A DNA stretch of 64,000 nt from Candidatus Thalassarchaeum betae (GTDB lineage Archaea > Thermoplasmatota > Poseidoniia > Poseidoniales > Thalassarchaeaceae): positions 40,797 through 104,796 of the forward strand of contig PSPG01000003.1 in assembly GCA_003193925.1 (NCBI GenBank), read 5' to 3'. This document shows, in pieces, positions 17,580 through 27,066 of the stretch (position 1 is its first letter; every line of letters starts with the position of its first letter). The notes under the pieces are model-generated. The model saw only the letters and a list, made by a program, of their open reading frames with translations. It searched no databases and was not told where the DNA came from. The translations under genes and the position numbers were made by a program.

Positions 17580-18152
17580 ATGGTTCAGTTCCGACTCCCA
17601 ATGCTCCCGGCACCGGACGAGGTTTCGTGGTCCCCCAGCGTGAACGGAGTCAAGCTCGCGCTGCACATCGAGAGCAATGCGATTCTGCTCGACGTCCTGC
17701 GTGACCAGGCAGGCAGCCTGGGTACCAAGCGGGGCTGTGACATGGGAACCTGCGGGTGCTGCAGCGTACTCGTCGACGGGACTCCCAAACTGTCTTGCCT
17801 GATGCTGGCCCAGGAAGCCGACGGCTGTGAGATCACCACCATCGAAGGGCTCGCAGACGGACATCACCTACACCCCATCCAGCAAACCTTCACTGAGTAC
17901 GGCGGAAGCCAGTGTGGCTTCTGCACACCCGGTTTCCTAGTGGTCATCTCAGCTCTGCTGGACGAGAACCCAATCCCGTCAGACGACGAGATCAAGACGG
18001 CTATCGAGGGCAATCTGTGCAGATGCACCGGCTACCAGCAGATCGTCGACTCAGTGCGCGCTGCCTCTGACATCCTGGTCTCCGGCAGCGGCACGCCGAA
18101 TGCGACCGATGCGAAGAGCGATCCGGATCCGAGCTACGGCGGAGAGGCGTAG
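17580..18152 (+). CDS. hcrC: [2Fe-2S] small subunit of a xanthine-oxidase-family enzyme (HcrC-like)
   Basis: GTKRGCDMGTCGCCSV..SC, QCGFCTPG and GNLCRCTGY. Confidence 0.9.
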   Translation: MVQFRLPMLPAPDEVSWSPSVNGVKLALHIESNAILLDVLRDQAGSLGTKRGCDMGTCGCCSVLVDGTPKLSCLMLAQEADGCEITTIEGLADGHHLHPIQQTFTEYGGSQCGFCTPGFLVVISALLDENPIPSDDEIKTAIEGNLCRCTGYQQIVDSVRAASDILVSGSGTPNATDAKSDPDPSYGGEA

Positions 18153-18162
18153 GTGATTCAAG

Positions 18163-20922
18163 ATGGTCGATGAAAAGGACAGAGTGGTCGGATACCGGCA
18201 GCAGGGTGGCAAGCTACTGTTCCCCAAGCCCGGTTCCGGAGGCAGTCGCGAGTACAGCGAACCGCGTGATGAGGACAGCATCGCCAAGAGCAGGGGAGCA
18301 GGGGGCCACAAGCACGATGAGTTGCTGACCGGTTCTGCAATCGGCAAGGCCACACCGCTGATCGACGGACGCTGGAAGGTCACAGGGCAGGCCCAGTACG
18401 GGGACGACGTTCGCCTGCCAGGCGAGCTCGTCGGCAGGATAGTCCGCTCCAAGCATCACTACGCCAGAGTCCTGTCCATCGACGCGACAGCAGCGCTGGA
18501 GCTGCCTGGCGTTCTCGCAATCGCAACAGGAGCGGATGCCAGCGGCTCCTTCGGCGTACTGCCCGTCACCAAGGACGAGCACGCCATGGCGCGGGACAAG
18601 GTACGCCACATCGGTGACCTGGTTGCCTGTGTAGCTGCTGTCGACGAGGCGACCGCGAGGGAGGCGGTCCGTCTGATTGAGGTCGAGTACGAGGAGTTGG
18701 ACGCGGTCCACGACATGCGAAAGGGGCTGGACGACGCAGACGAGCCTATTCATGACAGAGGCAAGTACCACATCGGTTCGTCGAACATCCAGAAGAGGGT
18801 GTTTCAGGAGTTCGGCGACATCGCCGGTATGACGGAGAACGCCGTCGCCAGCCACAAGTCGGACTGGCTGTTCGCCGGCGCCAACCATGGATTCACCGAG
18901 CCGCACGCGGTCGTCGCCCACTGGGAGCCGTCGGGCCGACTGACCATGTACACCCCCCAGCAGGTCCCGCACTACGTCCACCGGGCGCTGGCCGAGGTGC
19001 TTGAGATTCCCATGCACCAGATTAACGTCTACCGCACCTTCGTCGGCGGAGGGTTCGGCGGCAAGTCCGACCCGTTCCCGCACGAGATGTGCGCCGCAAT
19101 CCTGGCGCGCAAGACCGGGCGGCCGGTGCGAATAAACTTCGACCGCGAGGAGGTCTTCTTGGTCAATCGCGGTCGGCACCCCTCTAGGATAGAGATGAAC
19201 CTGCACGCCGACTCCGAGGGCAGGCTGTGCGGCATCGAGACTGACGCCCTGATCGACGGTGGCGCCTTCGCATCGTTCGGCCACGTCACCACTTACTACA
19301 ACGGCGTCCTGCACACCGCCCCCTACGAAATCGGCGCCTTCCACTACACCGGCGCGAGGGTATGGACGAACAAGCCAGCGAGCGGGGCCATGCGTGGCCA
19401 CGGGGCGGTAAACTCGCGCTGCGCCGTGGAGGTGGGCCTGGACGATCTGGCCGGGCAGCTCGGAGTCGACCCGATCACATTCAGGCTCGCTAACCTACTG
19501 CCTCCGCACTCGGCCACGATCACCGGATTCAGGGTCACCAGCATCGGCATGCGAGAGTGCCTCGAGAGGGTCAGGGAGGCTTCGGGCTGGGACGAGAAGT
19601 TCCGCAAGTTGCCGGATGGCCACGGAATAGGCGTCGGCTGCGGCTTCTTCATCTCCGGTAGCGGTCTTCCGATCCACTGGGATCCCAACAAATTCCCCCA
19701 CGCCACCGTCCACCTCAAGGTCGACATGGACGGTGGCGTGACCGTCCACACCGGCGCGGCCGAGATAGGGCAGGGCTCCGACACCGTCATCGCCCAGTCG
19801 GTCGCAGAGGTCCTCGGCCTGCCGTTGGAGATGATCAGGATCAGGAGCATCGAGACTGACACCGCTCCGGTGGACCTAGGCTCTTACTCGTCGCGTGTCA
19901 CTTTCATGAACGCGAACGCCGCCATCACTGCAGCAATGGACATTCGGCAGAAACTGCTGGACGCGGCTGCCGAGGTCACCGGCGCGCCGGTCGAGAAACT
20001 GGTCATCGGTGACCGGCGCATATTCCGCAAGGACAACCCCGCTGTCGGGGTCTCCTACCTCGAGGCGCTGCACAAGGCGCTGGAGGACACCGGGGCTCTG
20101 GTTTCATCCGGGGCATACCGCACCCCGCCGATGGGGCGCGTTCACAAGGGGGCGGGTGCGGGAATCGCCCCGGCCTACTCATTCTCGGCCTACATCGCCG
20201 AGGTCAAGGTCGACATCGAGACCGGACAGACCGAGGTGCTCAAGGTATGGGCTGCCCATGACTGCGGCAAAGCCCTCAATCCACTGGCGGTGAAAGGGCA
20301 GATGATCGGTTCGTGCCACATGGGGCTGGGGCAGGTGCTCAGCGAGGAGATGCGCTACAGCAGGAACGGGCATCTGCTGAACCCGGACCTGCTCGATTAC
20401 AAGATCCCAACAGTCCACGAGATGCCGGAGATCGTGCCCATCATCGTCGAGTCGAACGACTCTGAAGGCCCCTTTGGGGCCAAGGAGGCTGGAGAGGGGC
20501 CGTTGCTGCCAATCCTCCCTGCGGTCTGCAACGCGGTCTACGACGCAGTCGGCATCCGCACAAGTGAGTTGCCGATAACCCCCGACCGGATGCACAGGAT
20601 GATCGAGGCGAGATGCAAAGACGAGGGTGCCTCCAGCCCCCTAGATCTGGCTTCACCCAGGCTGCAGCACTCGGACCTCGAAGGCGTGCTGGAGGCTCGT
20701 GCTGCCGAGCACGCCGAGCGAGACCGCTCCCGTAACACCGACCCCGACCCACCCGATTACAACAACGGGGCCCTGTTCGGGTTCGACCCGGAAATCCCAC
20801 CCGACGAGCAGGACGAGCGCTGGGTCGTCAGCGTGACGCCTGGCGACGAGTACGTCGACAGCCCACGTCTGGCCGGCAGCGCGTGGAAGCACACCGAGCG
20901 ACGACACGGGGGTGGTGCCTGA
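18163..20922 (+). CDS. hcrA: Molybdopterin-binding large subunit, 4-hydroxybenzoyl-CoA reductase alpha-like
   Basis: TPLIDGRWKVTG, FGVLP, QQVPHYVH, GGGFGGK, GAMRGHG, EIGQGS, DLGSYSSRVTFM and GPFGAKEAGEG resemble Thauera HcrA; AGGTGA SD upstream. Confidence 0.85.
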   Translation: MVDEKDRVVGYRQQGGKLLFPKPGSGGSREYSEPRDEDSIAKSRGAGGHKHDELLTGSAIGKATPLIDGRWKVTGQAQYGDDVRLPGELVGRIVRSKHHYARVLSIDATAALELPGVLAIATGADASGSFGVLPVTKDEHAMARDKVRHIGDLVACVAAVDEATAREAVRLIEVEYEELDAVHDMRKGLDDADEPIHDRGKYHIGSSNIQKRVFQEFGDIAGMTENAVASHKSDWLFAGANHGFTEPHAVVAHWEPSGRLTMYTPQQVPHYVHRALAEVLEIPMHQINVYRTFVGGGFGGKSDPFPHEMCAAILARKTGRPVRINFDREEVFLVNRGRHPSRIEMNLHADSEGRLCGIETDALIDGGAFASFGHVTTYYNGVLHTAPYEIGAFHYTGARVWTNKPASGAMRGHGAVNSRCAVEVGLDDLAGQLGVDPITFRLANLLPPHSATITGFRVTSIGMRECLERVREASGWDEKFRKLPDGHGIGVGCGFFISGSGLPIHWDPNKFPHATVHLKVDMDGGVTVHTGAAEIGQGSDTVIAQSVAEVLGLPLEMIRIRSIETDTAPVDLGSYSSRVTFMNANAAITAAMDIRQKLLDAAAEVTGAPVEKLVIGDRRIFRKDNPAVGVSYLEALHKALEDTGALVSSGAYRTPPMGRVHKGAGAGIAPAYSFSAYIAEVKVDIETGQTEVLKVWAAHDCGKALNPLAVKGQMIGSCHMGLGQVLSEEMRYSRNGHLLNPDLLDYKIPTVHEMPEIVPIIVESNDSEGPFGAKEAGEGPLLPILPAVCNAVYDAVGIRTSELPITPDRMHRMIEARCKDEGASSPLDLASPRLQHSDLEGVLEARAAEHAERDRSRNTDPDPPDYNNGALFGFDPEIPPDEQDERWVVSVTPGDEYVDSPRLAGSAWKHTERRHGGGA

Positions 20923-21905
20923 TGCGCATGCCGCCGTTCACGCTGCACACTCCCGACTCTCTCGACGAGGCGCTGTCCATCGCAGGCGGGCTCGCCGACT
21001 CCGCCGAGGAGTTCGACTGGGTCGCAGGCGGCACCGACCTGCTGCCCAACTACAAGTGGCACCTGAACGTCAAGCCGCACGTCATCTCCCTAGCCAGAGT
21101 CTCGGAGCTCTCGGAACTCTCGTACACTCACATCGGAGCCATGGTCCGACTGCAGGACCTCGCCGAGTCCGACGCCGTCCACCCGCTGATCGCCAGGGTG
21201 TCGAGCATGATTGCGAGCGTGATGATACGGCGCTCCGGAACCGTCGGAGGCAACATCTGCCTGGATACGCGGTGCTTCTGGTTCAACCAGTCGGAGGAAT
21301 GGCGCGAGTCCATCGAGTGGTGCTACAAGTGCGACTGCGGGAGCGGTGCCGACTGCAGGGTCATACCGAACCAGAACACGCTCTGCGTCGCCACCTACCA
21401 AGCAGACCTCGCACCGGTGCTGATGTGCCTGGGCGCGACCATCCACCTAGCCACCCCCTCGGGCAAGCGGTCGGTGCCGCTGACCGAGTTCTTTGAACTC
21501 GACGGGATCACGCGCAACGTCCTAGAGCCCGGCGAGCTGGTGACCCACCTCACCCTGCCCGAGGACATCTCGGAATGGCAGGGGGACTACCAGAGACTTC
21601 GACAGAGGCAGTCGTGGGACTTCCCGGAGGCTGGCGTCGCGGTGCTTTGGAAATCTGGCTCCAACGGAGCCCCCTCTGACCTCCGGGTCGCTACCACCGG
21701 CCTCGAGGCGATTCCGGGTTACCACTCGGAGGAGGCCGCCGCCGCCCTCGAGGGCTGGAGCGGCGTGGACAGCATCGACGAGCTGGCCGAGGCGGTCAGG
21801 AAAGCGGTCAGGCCGGTGCTAAACACCTGGTACCCTCCGTCGTACAGACGCAAGATGGTCAGAATTTTAACGAAGCGAGCGAGCAGCGGTCTCTTGGAAG
21901 TCTAG
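20922..21905 (+). CDS. hcrB: FAD subunit with [4Fe-4S] insertion, 4-hydroxybenzoyl-CoA reductase beta-like
   Basis: AGGTDLLPN, GTVGGNICLDTRCFWFNQSEEWR..C..C..C insertion and RLRQRQSWDFP. ATG 20922 overlaps the hcrA TGA. Confidence 0.88.
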   Translation: MRMPPFTLHTPDSLDEALSIAGGLADSAEEFDWVAGGTDLLPNYKWHLNVKPHVISLARVSELSELSYTHIGAMVRLQDLAESDAVHPLIARVSSMIASVMIRRSGTVGGNICLDTRCFWFNQSEEWRESIEWCYKCDCGSGADCRVIPNQNTLCVATYQADLAPVLMCLGATIHLATPSGKRSVPLTEFFELDGITRNVLEPGELVTHLTLPEDISEWQGDYQRLRQRQSWDFPEAGVAVLWKSGSNGAPSDLRVATTGLEAIPGYHSEEAAAALEGWSGVDSIDELAEAVRKAVRPVLNTWYPPSYRRKMVRILTKRASSGLLEV

Positions 21906-21906
21906 C

Positions 21907-22836
21907 ATGAAATCGAGACTGTGCATCGGCCTCGCCCTCCTGCTCCTGGCCTCCGCGACGCCAGTGCAGGGCCAGTTGGGAGCCTGGGACCTCGGGATCG
22001 AGTACCCCGGCGACAACGAGGACATGCCCTTCAACGTCGACAAGGACGGAAGGTCCACGATCCAGTTCTTCGTGAACAACGATGAGTTTCAGGACATCGA
22101 GGTCGAGTTCGAATACGACATTCCGTTCGCCGGCGAGGCGGATGGCCCCGAGTCAGAGACCATCAGCGGTGGCTCGAACGAGACCTTCACCCTCTCGGTC
22201 TCGGGAATAGACGTCTGGAACTACGCGGCAGACTCCAAGGGGGAGTTCACGATCACCGCTAACCTGGTCTCCAGAGCCGGTCTGCCCATCGGCCTGCCTG
22301 GAGAGAGCGAGGAAGCCAGCGGTTGGCTGAAGATCCCGAGAATCTACTCGATGGAGCTCGATGTCGCCGACCCTGTCGGCCCTATGAACGCGGGCTCGGA
22401 CGTCATCCTCCGAGTTACTGTGACCAACACGGGCAACGTGCAGGACAAGGTCGGTGAGGTGGAGGTCGCAGACAACTGTCCCCTGCTGACCACCGACAAC
22501 GGGCTCGACGTCCTGATGACCAGGGACATCAACGCGGGTCAGACGACCGAGGCTGATCTCAGAGCCACCGCATCAGAGAGCCATCCCCGGAGGAACTGCA
22601 AGATCGAGGTCACCGTCTCATCCAACGGAGCGATGAACTCGGGCGGCTCGGTGCTCGCCGGCGCGGAGACCACGGTCACCGTCGAGCCACCTCTCGAAGA
22701 ACCCGATGATAGCGGAGATTCCGATGATCCGGACGACCCTGTCGAGGTGATCAGCTCGAGTCTTCCGGCACCGGGTGTAGCATCGGTATTCTGTGCTCTG
22801 GCAATGGCATTAATCGCAAGCAATCGGAGGCGTTGA
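21907..22836 (+). CDS. Secreted Ig-like surface protein with PGF-CTERM-like tail (possibly choice-of-anchor T family)
   Basis: Signal peptide; acidic beta-rich domains (VTVTNTGNVQD, CARDB-like); C-terminal LPAPG + hydrophobic helix + RRR. Confidence 0.7.
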   Translation: MKSRLCIGLALLLLASATPVQGQLGAWDLGIEYPGDNEDMPFNVDKDGRSTIQFFVNNDEFQDIEVEFEYDIPFAGEADGPESETISGGSNETFTLSVSGIDVWNYAADSKGEFTITANLVSRAGLPIGLPGESEEASGWLKIPRIYSMELDVADPVGPMNAGSDVILRVTVTNTGNVQDKVGEVEVADNCPLLTTDNGLDVLMTRDINAGQTTEADLRATASESHPRRNCKIEVTVSSNGAMNSGGSVLAGAETTVTVEPPLEEPDDSGDSDDPDDPVEVISSSLPAPGVASVFCALAMALIASNRRR

Positions 22837-23016
22837 AAATCAACGTCTGCGACGCTGATAAGGCGGTGCTGAGAAGGTGCATAAAGAACACCGAACATGC
22901 TGAAATCGGCTCGTGCGCGCGAACTACGCTCAGCAACATATAACTGTCAAATGACGGTCGCGCGAGCACCGTAGGTGCTACCATGGTATTCAATTAGGTA
23001 AAAGGTAGGAATTATA

Positions 23017-24621
23017 ATGGCTGACGAGGGTAAGGAAGAAGTCCAGTTCACCACCTACGTGGTGGGCTCCATCGCAATTACAATCGTACTCCTCCTGCTG
23101 CTCCCGATGCTGTTCGTGATGGGCAAGTCCACCGCCTATTCGGCATACGAGGACCAAGAACTCTTCCAGCTCTCTGATATGCGCGACTCGCTCGCAGATC
23201 CTGAAGGCGATGGGGACGACTCTGACGACGGTTACTTCATTGCCAACACGATGTCGACCCCCATGTTGGTCAACGACTGGAAGGACCCTCATCGCACCAT
23301 GCTCCTGATCATCGCTCCGGAGAAGCCGATCGACGAAACCGAGGCAAATGCAATCTACGACTTCGTCACCGAGAAGGGCGGCAAGGTGATAGTCGCAGCC
23401 GACGGGACAAACGCGAACCGGCTGGCCACCAAGTTCGGGGTCACATACTTCGGATACCCATTGAACGACGAGAACCAGCACTGGCTGGAATACGATGACG
23501 ATGGCCCGCTCTACCCCTCGTGGCTGAATGTCTGGAGCGTCGCCGCAGTGCATGAAGACGTCAATGAGATGGGAGCCGGGGCTGCTAGGAAGGGCTGCTC
23601 CGAGTTCCAGATCGTGAACCAGAATCCTAGCTCGTGCAGAATCCCAGTCATGTTCCGCTCGCCCACGGGCATGAAGTTCGAGCCCTCATTGAGGGACACC
23701 ACCCATCCCGATGAAAGGGATGTCAAGATACTCGCCAGGGCTTCGTCGTCCGCGTTCATCGACCTCATGGGGGACGGTGACGCCAGCAACCCGCTGAACC
23801 CCGCCCCGGGCGACCTGTCCCTGATGATCCGCTTCGACTACCCCCACATCAGCGCTTACGACCGGGTTCGCTCCGGACAGGGCGGCTTGGTCGGAGGCGA
23901 CATCGGTGAGATGAGCGTAACCGGCAGCATCGTCTTCGTCTCCGACGAGGAGGCCTTCTCCAACCGATTGTGGACCCTGCCCCAAGCAGTCGCAACCGGC
24001 TTGAGCTCCTCCTGCGAGGGCGTGGTGGGAAGCTGCTGGATGCAGGAGATAAGCGACAACAACGAGTGGCAGGGCAACGAGGTCTACTACAAGCTTCTGA
24101 TCCACTCGATGATGGAGTTCGACAATCTCGAACTGTCCGGCGAGATCAGGAACGATGTGTCGCAGTTCCAAGTCGTCTTCGACGAGAGCCGCCACATCAC
24201 CGGAGTGATCTCCGCGCCGTTCGTCGAGACCATGGGCACCGTAGTCCTGCTGACTTCGAACACGTTCCTCAAGTGGCTGGTCGTGCTGAACGTCGGCCTC
24301 CTCCTCCTGGTAGCCATGATGGTGGTTCCCGAGAAGGAGAACTGGCGTCACGTGTTCGATTTGACCAGATTCAACCAGCGTCCGAACAAGCTCGACCCGA
24401 GTACCTACCGCCTGCGCGTCCAGCAGTCCCTGTTCACCAAGATCAGGGTGTACCATGAACTGACCCGTGACCAGATGGCGGCGATGCCGCCAGCAGAAAT
24501 CCAATCGATGATTGGTGACCCCCGGCTCGTAGAGCTGGCATACAGCCAGAGCCGATCCTACTCCCCCAAAGAGCTGCGCCAACTAATGCAGGCAATCAGG
24601 CGATGGGGGAGAAGTAGTTGA
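23017..24621 (+). CDS. DUF4350-like membrane-anchored protein
   Basis: N-terminal TM, FVTEKGGKVIVAAD, GSIVFVSDEEAFSN, VVFDESRH and a second TM; directly upstream of moxR. Confidence 0.75.
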   Translation: MADEGKEEVQFTTYVVGSIAITIVLLLLLPMLFVMGKSTAYSAYEDQELFQLSDMRDSLADPEGDGDDSDDGYFIANTMSTPMLVNDWKDPHRTMLLIIAPEKPIDETEANAIYDFVTEKGGKVIVAADGTNANRLATKFGVTYFGYPLNDENQHWLEYDDDGPLYPSWLNVWSVAAVHEDVNEMGAGAARKGCSEFQIVNQNPSSCRIPVMFRSPTGMKFEPSLRDTTHPDERDVKILARASSSAFIDLMGDGDASNPLNPAPGDLSLMIRFDYPHISAYDRVRSGQGGLVGGDIGEMSVTGSIVFVSDEEAFSNRLWTLPQAVATGLSSSCEGVVGSCWMQEISDNNEWQGNEVYYKLLIHSMMEFDNLELSGEIRNDVSQFQVVFDESRHITGVISAPFVETMGTVVLLTSNTFLKWLVVLNVGLLLLVAMMVVPEKENWRHVFDLTRFNQRPNKLDPSTYRLRVQQSLFTKIRVYHELTRDQMAAMPPAEIQSMIGDPRLVELAYSQSRSYSPKELRQLMQAIRRWGRSS

Positions 24622-24641
24622 AAAACAATGGAGAGATGTAA

Positions 24642-25697
24642 ATGAATGCAACACCACCAGCAAAGAAAACGGAAAAACGCCCGCCAGATGATGTCGAGAA
24701 GGGTTACGCGAAGAAGGCCGAGGCCGCGCGTGGAAAGAAGAAGATGAGCGAGAGGCTGACCGCTGTCGGCGCAATCTCTGGTGCCATCGCCACCGAAGTG
24801 CAGAAGGTCATCATCGGAAAGGCACACGTGATCGACAACGTCCTAGTGGACATCCTAGCGAACGGGAACCTGCTGTTCGAGGACTACCCCGGACTGGCCA
24901 AGACCCTGATGACGAACACGTTCGCCGATGCGCTCGGTTGCGACTTCAAGCGTGTATCATTCACGCCTGACCTGCTGCCAGCAGACATCACCGGCACGAA
25001 CATCTACGACGCCAAGAAGGGAGAGTTCACCTTCAAGCCGGGGCCTATCTTCTGCAACCTGCTGCTATCTGACGAGATCAACAGAGCGCCACCGAAGACC
25101 CAAGCAGCTCTGCTTGAGGCGATGCAGGAGCATCAAGTAACCATCGGTATCGTGACTCACAAGCTACCGGCGCCCTTCCTGACGATGGCAACGCAGAACC
25201 CGGTCGAGCAGGAGGGCACCTACCCGCTGCCTGAGGCTCAGCTCGACCGATTCATGTTCAAGATGAGCGTCGGATACCCCGACCGCGCTGACGAGGTCGA
25301 GATTCTCAACCGGCGCATCGCCCGAAAGAAGGACGCGGTCGATGTCGAGGTAATCACCGACCCGGCCCGAGTCGTCGCTATGCAGCAGGCTATCGAGGAC
25401 GTCTACGTCGACCCCGCTGTCAGACTGTACATGGTCGAGATAGTCTCCAGGACCCGTGAGGACCCACGAGTGCTCGTCGGTTCCTCGCCGAGAGGTTCGC
25501 AGGCTCTCCTCAAGACCGGTCGTGCCGCTGCAGCGATGCGCGGTCGCGACTTCGTGACACCTGACGATGTCAAGTCGATTGCAGAGCTAGCATTGGCACA
25601 CCGCCTGATCCTGAAGCCAGAGCACCAGATTAAGGGACTCGAGCCCGGGGAAGTCATCCAAGACGTCCTCCGCCAAGTCCCCGTGCCGACCGTCTGA
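24642..25697 (+). CDS. moxR: MoxR-family AAA+ ATPase
   Basis: EDYPGLAKT, FTPDLLPADITG, DEINRAPPKTQAALLEAM, ATQNPVEQEGTYPLPEAQLDRF and SPRG. Confidence 0.96.
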   Translation: MNATPPAKKTEKRPPDDVEKGYAKKAEAARGKKKMSERLTAVGAISGAIATEVQKVIIGKAHVIDNVLVDILANGNLLFEDYPGLAKTLMTNTFADALGCDFKRVSFTPDLLPADITGTNIYDAKKGEFTFKPGPIFCNLLLSDEINRAPPKTQAALLEAMQEHQVTIGIVTHKLPAPFLTMATQNPVEQEGTYPLPEAQLDRFMFKMSVGYPDRADEVEILNRRIARKKDAVDVEVITDPARVVAMQQAIEDVYVDPAVRLYMVEIVSRTREDPRVLVGSSPRGSQALLKTGRAAAAMRGRDFVTPDDVKSIAELALAHRLILKPEHQIKGLEPGEVIQDVLRQVPVPTV

Positions 25698-25736
25698 GGG
25701 CGATGCATAGGGGTTCGAGCCAGGAGGTGAAGGGGC

Positions 25737-27056
25737 GTGGCATGGAGTCGGAAGTCGGCGATGTTCGCAGCGCTGGCTGTCGCTCTCTACCTGCTCGGCC
25801 TCGTCCTGCGCAACCCCCAGTTGGTGACAGTAGCCGTGGTGCTGCTGTCCTTCCTCACCTGGGCGGCGTTCCGAACCTCGCACGCGGATGTCGCGGCATC
25901 CGGAAGGAGGATGGAGGACGGCGAATCGGACGAGGGAGTCCAATTGCACTCGGTTTCGGCCCTTCGTCGGATCTCCTCTGCCAGGATATTCGAGGATGGC
26001 GAGATTGACATCACGCTGCGAATCCAGAACCGCTCAAATCTCTCCAAGGTTCTGGAGGTTCGTGATAGAGTACCGGAGGTAATGCGCATCAAGAAGGGTG
26101 CGAACTACGTACTGATGGAACTCGGCCCCCAGCGAGAGACGGAAATCTCGTACACCATCGAGACACCCCTGAGGGGTTTCTACACCATCGGCCCGGTGTG
26201 CATTAGAATCCAGGACGCCTTCGGGCTGTTCCACAACGAACGTGAGATACACCTCTACGACGACTTCCTCGTCTTCCCCAAGATGGAGGACATCAAGGAC
26301 GCCATGATCAAGAGCAGGGTGCCGAAGATCTTCACCGGAGCCGTAAACATCCGGAATCCCGGAGAGGGCTCTAACTTCTACAATCTGCGAGACTACATCC
26401 CGGGTGACCCGATGAAGAAGGTCAACTGGCACGCCACCGCCCGCAGCGGTGGCAAGATGATGGTGAACGAGTACGAGCGCGACGCCGTCAGCGACATCAT
26501 CCTGATAGTCGACAGCAGGTCGGTCGCCGAGACCGGCCCTGTGAGCCGGAACTCCCTGGTGTTCAGCACCAGAGCCGCAGCGAGCCTGTCGCAGTACTTC
26601 CTGGCTCGCCGGGACTCTGTCGGCCTGGTCACTTACGGTGACGAGATTGTCTCCGTTGATCGCGACACCGGGAAAAAGCAGCTTTACGTCCTCCTGACCA
26701 AGCTTGCCGGTGCGATGGCCAAGGGTAACACGCCGCTGAGGGTGGTGACCAACCGGATCATGCCTCACATCAACCGAGGCAGCCCGATCATCATCATGAG
26801 TCCGCTGGAGGACGACCCCACGGTGATAGACGCCGTGCGCGACCTGAGGGCGAGGAACTTCGACGTGACCATCCTCTCATCGAGCAGCCTCGAGTTCGAA
26901 TTCGACGCGAGGCGCCTTGACCGAACCGGTTACGAGGTCCTCAAGACCGAGCGGGACATTCTGCTCAGTGAGTTGCGTGGCCTAGGTGCGAACGTGATGG
27001 ACTGGGAGCCTGACATGCTGCTCAACACCGCCTTGGCAGGGGCGAGGGGATTCTAG
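25737..27056 (+). CDS. DUF58 (vWA-like) MoxR-associated protein
   Basis: FYNLRDYIPGDPMKKVNWHATAR and MVNEYE; two N-terminal TMs; GGAGGTGA SD before the GTG. Confidence 0.93.
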   Translation: MAWSRKSAMFAALAVALYLLGLVLRNPQLVTVAVVLLSFLTWAAFRTSHADVAASGRRMEDGESDEGVQLHSVSALRRISSARIFEDGEIDITLRIQNRSNLSKVLEVRDRVPEVMRIKKGANYVLMELGPQRETEISYTIETPLRGFYTIGPVCIRIQDAFGLFHNEREIHLYDDFLVFPKMEDIKDAMIKSRVPKIFTGAVNIRNPGEGSNFYNLRDYIPGDPMKKVNWHATARSGGKMMVNEYERDAVSDIILIVDSRSVAETGPVSRNSLVFSTRAAASLSQYFLARRDSVGLVTYGDEIVSVDRDTGKKQLYVLLTKLAGAMAKGNTPLRVVTNRIMPHINRGSPIIIMSPLEDDPTVIDAVRDLRARNFDVTILSSSSLEFEFDARRLDRTGYEVLKTERDILLSELRGLGANVMDWEPDMLLNTALAGARGF

Positions 27057-27066
27057 AGGTGACAGG

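Noticed and set aside
18163-20922. Aerobic CO dehydrogenase (CoxL) or xanthine dehydrogenase call
   Set aside because: The active-site loop is GAMRGHG, not AYxCSFR (CoxL) or AFRGFG (XDH), and the FAD subunit has the HcrB-type Cys insertion.
22860-22980. TPP riboswitch (GCTGAGA ... CGTAGG)
   Set aside because: The conserved CCTGATC/TAAT core is missing and the downstream genes are unrelated to thiamine.
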